From: an uncultured Actinomycetes bacterium
GTDB lineage: Bacteria > Actinomycetota > Thermoleophilia > Gaiellales > Gaiellaceae
NCBI GenBank assembly: GCA_963824775.1
Contig: CAWGQF010000011.1
Location: forward strand, 60,389 to 124,388
Length of the DNA: 64,000 nucleotides
Direction of reading: 5' to 3'
Shown: piece by piece, positions 59,178 to 64,000 of the stretch
How positions within the stretch are numbered: position 1 is the stretch's first letter
How the letters are laid out: every line of letters starts with the position of its first letter
Program-made: the position numbers and the translations under genes
The notes under the pieces: generated by a model
What the model was told of the DNA's origin: nothing
What the model saw: only the letters and a program-made list of their open reading frames with translations
The model's database searches: none

Positions 59178-60785
59178 TCAGGCGGCCTCGGAGGGGTCTC
59201 CGAGCGGCTCGAAGAGGTCGGGCCAGTGGCGGAAGGCGTTCCGCATCGGGAACGGCGCTCCCTGGCCGAGCCCGCAGATCGACGTGGCGACCATCGCGTC
59301 GAGCCACTCCTCGACCTGCCATCGAGGCATCGCGACGCGGCCGGCCTCGAGCTCCTCGAGGAGGTGGTGCATCCCGCGGTTCCCGATCCGGCACGGGGTG
59401 CACTTCTGGCACGACTCCTCGGCGAAGAACCGCATCGTCTCGGCGAGCAGGCGGAGTGGGGAGTAGCGCCTCGGGAAGACCTGGACACCGGCAGACCCCA
59501 CGCCGGCCCCCCACTCGCGTAGCCCCTCGCGCGTGAGCGGGACGTCGAGCGCGGCCGGCGGGAGGATCCCGCTCGCCGCGCCGCCGGGCACGACCGCGCC
59601 GATCTCGTCCGTCGCGCCGCCCCCGTGCTCGTCGACGAGCTCCCGCAGCGTCGTGCCGTTCGGCGCCTCGTAGCATCCGGGCTTCGCGACCGCGCCCGAG
59701 AGCGACCAGAGGCGGACGCCCTTCGCACCGCGCGTCCCGAGCGCCGCCCACGCCTCCCCGCCCATCCGCAGGATCGCAGGGACGTGGGCGAGCGTCTCGA
59801 CGTTGTTGATGAGCGTCGGCCGGCCGAGGTAGCCGACCTGGCTCGGGAAGGGAGGCTTGAGCCGCGGCATGCCGCGGCGTCCCTCCATCGACTCGAGCAT
59901 GGCGGTCTCCTCGCCGCAGATGTACGCGCCCGCGCCCACGACGAGCTCGATGGAGCCCGTCCAGGAGCCCCGCCGCCTGCAGCTCGGCGATCGCTCCCGT
60001 CAGGCGCTGCCGCGCGGTCGCGTACTCCTCGCGCAGGTAGATCGAGCCCCTCGGTCGCCTCCGCGAACTGCATGGCGACGAGCATCCCCTCGAGCATGAG
60101 ATGCGGCCGACGCTCCATGACGTACCGATCCTTGATCGTGCCCGGCTCGCCCTCGTCCGCGTTCACGATGACGTAGCGCGGGGCCGGCTCCCGCGCGACG
60201 GCCTCCCACTTGACCCCGGTCGGGAAGCCGGCGCCGCCGAGGCCGGCGAGGCCGGAGGCCTTGAGCTCCGCGACGATCTCGTCGTGTGAAGGCAACGAGC
60301 GGAGGACGGCGAGGCCCCCGCGGGCCTCGTAGTCGGCCAGCGTCGCGTCGGCCCGGGCGAGATCGACGGAGGGTCCCTCGTTCGTCCGGTGCACAACCTC
60401 GGGCTCGACGGCGTCACCGCGCATCAGCACGGGCGCGAGGTCGCAATGACCGAGACACTCGACGCCGAGAACGGGCCGCCCGTCCGGCGCGTGCTCCTGC
60501 TCGCGCGCGAGGAAGTCCGCAGCCCCCATGCAGTCGCAGACCGGCCCGATGCAGACCCGGACGGCGTCCGTCTGCACCTGGAGGAACGAGTAGAACGAGA
60601 CGACCTCGTGCACCTCCCCGCGGCGGATGTTCATGCGGTCGGCAACAGCGTCGGAGAGCTCGGATGTGATCGGTCCGACCTCCCGGCGGACGCGGCCGAG
60701 GTTGTCGAGGAGGCGTGTCCTCTCGGTCGGCAGCTCCTCGAGGAGCGCGGTGAGCTTGAGGACGTCGATGCCGCGATTCTTGCAC
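59178..60785 (-). pseudogene. NuoE-like::NuoF-like fusion (NAD-linked formate dehydrogenase diaphorase, FdsG/FdsB type), disrupted as sequenced by three +1 frame breaks (about 60770, 60045, 59950).
   Basis: NuoE part ..EVHEVVSFYSFLQ..VCIGPVCDCMG..CLGHCDLAPV. NuoF part GLGGAGFPTGVKW, VNADEGEPGTIKDR, ICGEETAMLESMEG, ESCQKCTPCR. Pieces lie in ORFs 60414..60785, 59084..61867 and 59178..59939. Confidence 0.85.
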
Positions 60786-60814
60786 CCGGGACGCGCGACA
60801 GGGACGATGCGGAC

Positions 60815-61951
60815 GTGCGCGACGAGCTGACCGACCTCGCGAGCCGGCTGGTCGCGATCGACTCCGTGAACCCGGATCTGATTCCCGGCGGCGCCGGAGA
60901 GGGGGAGATCTCGCAGTTCGTCGCCGAGTGGCTGGAGCAGGCCGGGCTCGATGTGAGCCGCGACGAGGTCGCTCCCGGCCGCTGGAACGTCGTGGGGACC
61001 GCCCGTGGCACGGGCGGAGGGCGCACGCTCCTCCTGAACGGCCACCTCGACACCGTCGGCACGGGCGGGATGGAGAGCCCGCACGAGCCGCGGGCCGCGG
61101 ACGGCCGGTTGTACGGCCGCGGCGCCTACGACATGAAGACGTCGATCGCCGCGATCATGCTCGCCGGCGCCCGCGCCAAGGAGCTCGGGCTCCGCGGCGA
61201 CGTCGTCGTCACCGCGGTGGCGGACGAGGAGGTGGCGAGCATCGGGTCGGCCGCCGTCGCGGAGGCGGTTCGCGCCGACGCGGCGATCGTCGCGGAGCCG
61301 ACCGAGGAGCGCGTGGCGATCGCGCATCGCGGGTTTGTCTGGCTCACGATCGAATCGCATGGGGTCGCCGCGCACGGCTCCCGGCCGGAGCTCGGCGTCG
61401 ACGCGATCGCGAAGATGGGGCGCGTTCTCGTCGGCCTCGAGGAGCTCGACCGCTCGCTGCGCGCGGAGCCCTCGCACGAGCTTCTGCGGAGCGGCTCGCT
61501 GCACGCCTCGCTCGTCGAGGGAGGGCAGGAGCTGTCGAGCTACCCCGAGCGGTGCGTGCTCAGGATGGAGCGACGCACGATCCCCGGGGAGACGCCGGAC
61601 GAGGTGGAGGCGGAGGTTCGGTCGCTGCTCGAGCGGGCGGGCGCAGGCGACGACTCGTTCCGGGCCGACGTTCGTGTGGACTTCTCGCGCGCGCCGTTCG
61701 AGACGCCTGCCGGCGACCAGCTGATCGCAACCGTGAAGAAGCACGCCGGCGCGGTCCTGGGATCCGAGCCAGAGACCGTGGGAGTCCCGTTCTGGACGGA
61801 CGCCGCGATCTTCATGGAGGCGGGGATCCCGACCGTCGTCTTCGGCCCGTGCGGGGAAGGCGCGCACGCAGTCGTTGAATGGGTCGACCTGGCGAGCGCC
61901 GCCCGCTGCGCCGAGATCTACGTCGCCGTAGCGGCGGACGTCTGCGCCTGA
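60815..61951 (+). CDS. M20 family metallopeptidase (ArgE/DapE-like deacylase).
   Basis: GTG 60815 inside ORF 60389..61951. ..LLLNGHLDTV.., ..GRGAYDMKTS.., ..VADEEVAS.., ..GEGAHAVVEWV... Confidence 0.85.
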   Translation: MRDELTDLASRLVAIDSVNPDLIPGGAGEGEISQFVAEWLEQAGLDVSRDEVAPGRWNVVGTARGTGGGRTLLLNGHLDTVGTGGMESPHEPRAADGRLYGRGAYDMKTSIAAIMLAGARAKELGLRGDVVVTAVADEEVASIGSAAVAEAVRADAAIVAEPTEERVAIAHRGFVWLTIESHGVAAHGSRPELGVDAIAKMGRVLVGLEELDRSLRAEPSHELLRSGSLHASLVEGGQELSSYPERCVLRMERRTIPGETPDEVEAEVRSLLERAGAGDDSFRADVRVDFSRAPFETPAGDQLIATVKKHAGAVLGSEPETVGVPFWTDAAIFMEAGIPTVVFGPCGEGAHAVVEWVDLASAARCAEIYVAVAADVCA

Positions 61952-61971
61952 CCCTCACCTACCCTTAGAGG

Positions 61972-62754
61972 ATGGCCCTCCCGCCCGCCCACACCGCCGG
62001 CCGCATCGACGTCCTCCGGCTGCCCGAAGGGCGCACCGAGCCCGACGAGCTTGCGGCGGAGGAGCCGCTCGAGATCCGCGTGAACGGCATCCCGGTGGCC
62101 GTGACGATGCGGACGCCGGGCCACGACGAGGAGCTCGCGCTCGGCTTTCTCGTCTCCGAAGGGCTCACGCCGGTCGCGGCCGCTCCGCCCGCCGACCTGG
62201 CCGCCAACACCGTCGACGTCGAGGTTCCCGGCTTCGATCCGGAGGCTCTGCGGCGAAGCTTCTACACCACGTCGTCTTGCGGCGTTTGTGGGAAGGGGGC
62301 GCTCGACGCCGTCGCGGTGGAGGCGCCCCGCGTGGAGGGCAAGCTGACCGTGCCGGCCTCGCTCGTCGCCGAGCTGCCGGACCGGCTCCGCCTCGCGCAG
62401 GCGGCCTTCGCCGCCACGGGCGGGCTGCATGCGACCGGGCTCTTCGACGAGGCCGGTGAGCTCCTCTGCGCGCGCGAGGACGTCGGCCGGCACAACGCGA
62501 TGGACAAGGTGGTCGGCTGGTCGCTCGGTGAGGGTCTTCTGCCGCTCGACGGGCGGATCCTCTGCGTGAGCGGCCGGCTCTCCTTCGAGCTCGTGCAGAA
62601 GGCTGCGGTCGCCGGATGCCCGCTCATGGTCGCGGTCGGTGCGCCGTCCACACTCGCCGTCGATCTCGCCCGGGATCGTGGGATCACCCTCTGCGGCTTC
62701 GTCCGCGACGGCCGCGTGAACGTCTACACGGAGCCGTGGCGCGTCGAGGCGTGA
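61972..62754 (+). CDS. fdhD: Formate dehydrogenase accessory sulfurtransferase FdhD.
   Basis: ..TSSCGVCGKGAL.. and ..EDVGRHNAMDKVVG... Intact 260 aa. Confidence 0.9.
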   Translation: MALPPAHTAGRIDVLRLPEGRTEPDELAAEEPLEIRVNGIPVAVTMRTPGHDEELALGFLVSEGLTPVAAAPPADLAANTVDVEVPGFDPEALRRSFYTTSSCGVCGKGALDAVAVEAPRVEGKLTVPASLVAELPDRLRLAQAAFAATGGLHATGLFDEAGELLCAREDVGRHNAMDKVVGWSLGEGLLPLDGRILCVSGRLSFELVQKAAVAGCPLMVAVGAPSTLAVDLARDRGITLCGFVRDGRVNVYTEPWRVEA

Positions 62755-63281
62755 CCGGCGTCCTCCTCGTCGGGGGTGCGAGCCGGCGCTTCGGCTCCCC
62801 GAAGGCGCTGGCGCGGCTCGAGGGCGAGACGCTCGCCCAGCGCGCCCACCGGACGCTTGCCGAGGCGTTCGGCGAGGTGCTGGTGCTCGGCAAGGTGGCC
62901 GACGCGCTCTCGCTTCCGTTCCCGGTCGTCGACGACGGGTCCGAGCTGCGCGCTCCGATCGTCGGCGTGGCTGCGGCACTCCGGCTCGCACCGACCGCGA
63001 CCGTCGTCGTTCTCCCGACCGACGTGCCCTTCGCGTCGTCGCCCTTCCTCCTGGAGCTCGCCGCCGCGTCACACGACGTCGACGTCGCGCATCACGAGAC
63101 CGGGCCACTCCCCGGCGCGTACCGGCGGACGGCGCTTCCCGTGCTGGAGCGGCGCATCGCCGCCGGAGAGCTCGGGCTCCGCGGCGCGCTCGCCGAGCTG
63201 CGCACGACCGTCGTCGCGTGGAACTCTGACGAGCTCCGCAACGTAAACACGGTGGAGGAGCTCGAAGAGGTGCGCGGATGA
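62751..63281 (+). CDS. mobA: Molybdenum cofactor guanylyltransferase.
   Basis: GTG 62751 overlaps the fdhD stop. VTGVLLVGGASRRFGSPKAL.. and ..VLPTDVPF... Confidence 0.85.
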   Translation: MTGVLLVGGASRRFGSPKALARLEGETLAQRAHRTLAEAFGEVLVLGKVADALSLPFPVVDDGSELRAPIVGVAAALRLAPTATVVVLPTDVPFASSPFLLELAAASHDVDVAHHETGPLPGAYRRTALPVLERRIAAGELGLRGALAELRTTVVAWNSDELRNVNTVEELEEVRG

Positions 63282-64000
63282 AGCTCGTCGCAGTTACGGC
63301 ACTGATCGTGCTCGCAGCGGCCGCGCCGGCCGCTGCCAAGGGCCCGATCGAGCTCCGCGTCTGCGGCGCGTCCGAGTGTGCAACCTTCAAGGCTCCGTTT
63401 GCAGGGATGGCCGATGCGCCGCAGAGCGAGCACGCGAGGCTGGTCACGAGCGTGGCCAACCTCGAGCGGAACTTCGACTTCACGGGGCCGCCGCCTCTCG
63501 CCTCGTACTACGCCCTGACGCTCTCGTCCGACTTCTACGACTGGTCCGACATCGCCTACGTGCCGGAGCACCAGGTGGCGAGGGTCGGGAGCAACTGGGT
63601 CAATCTCAGCGGCGGGCTCGCCGATGCGCTTACGGAGGCGATCGGCGGGCTGGAACCGAAGGCCGCTCCCGAGATCCGGCGCGCGGTCGTGAACGGCCAG
63701 GAGAGCCGCGACCCCGAGGCGTACGCCCTCGCCTTCGGGGAGCTTCCGCCCGCGCAGGCGCCGCCGCCGGGCACGCCGAAGTCGGTCATCCGGCTCGAGA
63801 CGGCGGAGCCGACCCCGTGGACCGACGGCCGGCCGCTCGAGTACTACCCGAGCACGGACACGATCAGCCGCGAGGGCGAGTGGGTGCGGGCGTCCGAGGT
63901 CGTCTCGACGAGGATCGAAGACGACCTCGAGGCCGTGAAGGGCGATGCGGGCGGACGCACCTGGCCCGGGTATCTCACCGGTGCCGCGCTCGTGCTCGCC
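63278..64000 (+). CDS. Secreted hypothetical protein. The 3' end is outside the window.
   Basis: ATGA overlap with the mobA stop. Signal peptide MKLVAVTALIVLAAAAPAAAKG. The frame is open to the last base of the window. Confidence 0.5.
   Translation, partial: MKLVAVTALIVLAAAAPAAAKGPIELRVCGASECATFKAPFAGMADAPQSEHARLVTSVANLERNFDFTGPPPLASYYALTLSSDFYDWSDIAYVPEHQVARVGSNWVNLSGGLADALTEAIGGLEPKAAPEIRRAVVNGQESRDPEAYALAFGELPPAQAPPPGTPKSVIRLETAEPTPWTDGRPLEYYPSTDTISREGEWVRASEVVSTRIEDDLEAVKGDAGGRTWPGYLTGAALVLA

Noticed and set aside
59084-61867. 927-aa minus-strand ORF, the longest in the track.
   Set aside because: Only its middle part (about 60050-60770) is real NuoE/F coding sequence. The rest is Arg/Ala/Pro-rich read-through antisense to the M20 peptidase gene and out of frame with the NuoF C-terminus. 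This is a typical high-GC artefact.
1-64000. Search by eye for rRNA, tRNA, tmRNA, CRISPR arrays, IS elements, integrases and defence-system genes.
   Set aside because: I recognised none in any intergenic region longer than 100 nt or in the ORF track. This is a negative result from visual inspection only, not from a covariance-model or HMM scan.

Overview
This is a 64-kb, very GC-rich, densely coding segment that looks like an Actinomycetota chromosome. It has GTG/TTG starts, 1-4 nt start/stop overlaps, and long Arg/Ala/Pro-rich spurious ORFs in non-coding frames. I recognise about 65 genes. I found no rRNA, tRNA, CRISPR, transposase or integrase. Content from left to right: (i) A methylamine module: sarcosine-oxidase-like alpha/gamma/beta genes, convergent with an operon gmaS-mgsA-mgsB-mgsC (N-methylglutamate pathway), two uncharacterised coupled genes, and an Amt transporter. 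(ii) gloA, followed by a lower-GC accessory stretch (mscL, PaaI thioesterase, Tat amidohydrolase, methyltransferase, MOSC protein). (iii) purQ-purS-purC-purB and purE-purD. (iv) An Lrp-associated amine/aldehyde catabolic cluster. (v) An aapJQMP-like amino-acid ABC transporter. (vi) An alpha/beta-hydrolase::glycosyltransferase fusion next to a TetR gene. (vii) An Rrf2 regulator and a sulfate ABC transporter. (viii) Two tandem APC-permease::USP genes and two TrkA genes. (ix) A C1 block: FTCD-like cyclohydrolase, fhs, Zn-ADH, formate dehydrogenase alpha, NuoE/F-like diaphorase, fdhD and mobA. The most notable observations are these: (a) Five same-orientation copies of the last codons of a glyoxalase/VOC gene bound single-gene cassettes downstream of gloA, which looks like a cassette-accretion site with no recombinase in view. 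(b) An in-frame TGA sits at the Sec/Cys Mo-ligand position of fdhA. (c) A perfect 52-bp inverted repeat brackets the 4-kb fdhA segment. (d) About 50 reading-frame breaks interrupt about 20 genes. Nearly all behave as one extra base, and 23 of them fall in the two tandem APC::USP paralogs, so consensus indel error is the more likely explanation than gene decay. Coordinates of frame breaks are approximate. All functional calls rest on motif recognition by eye, not on database searches.
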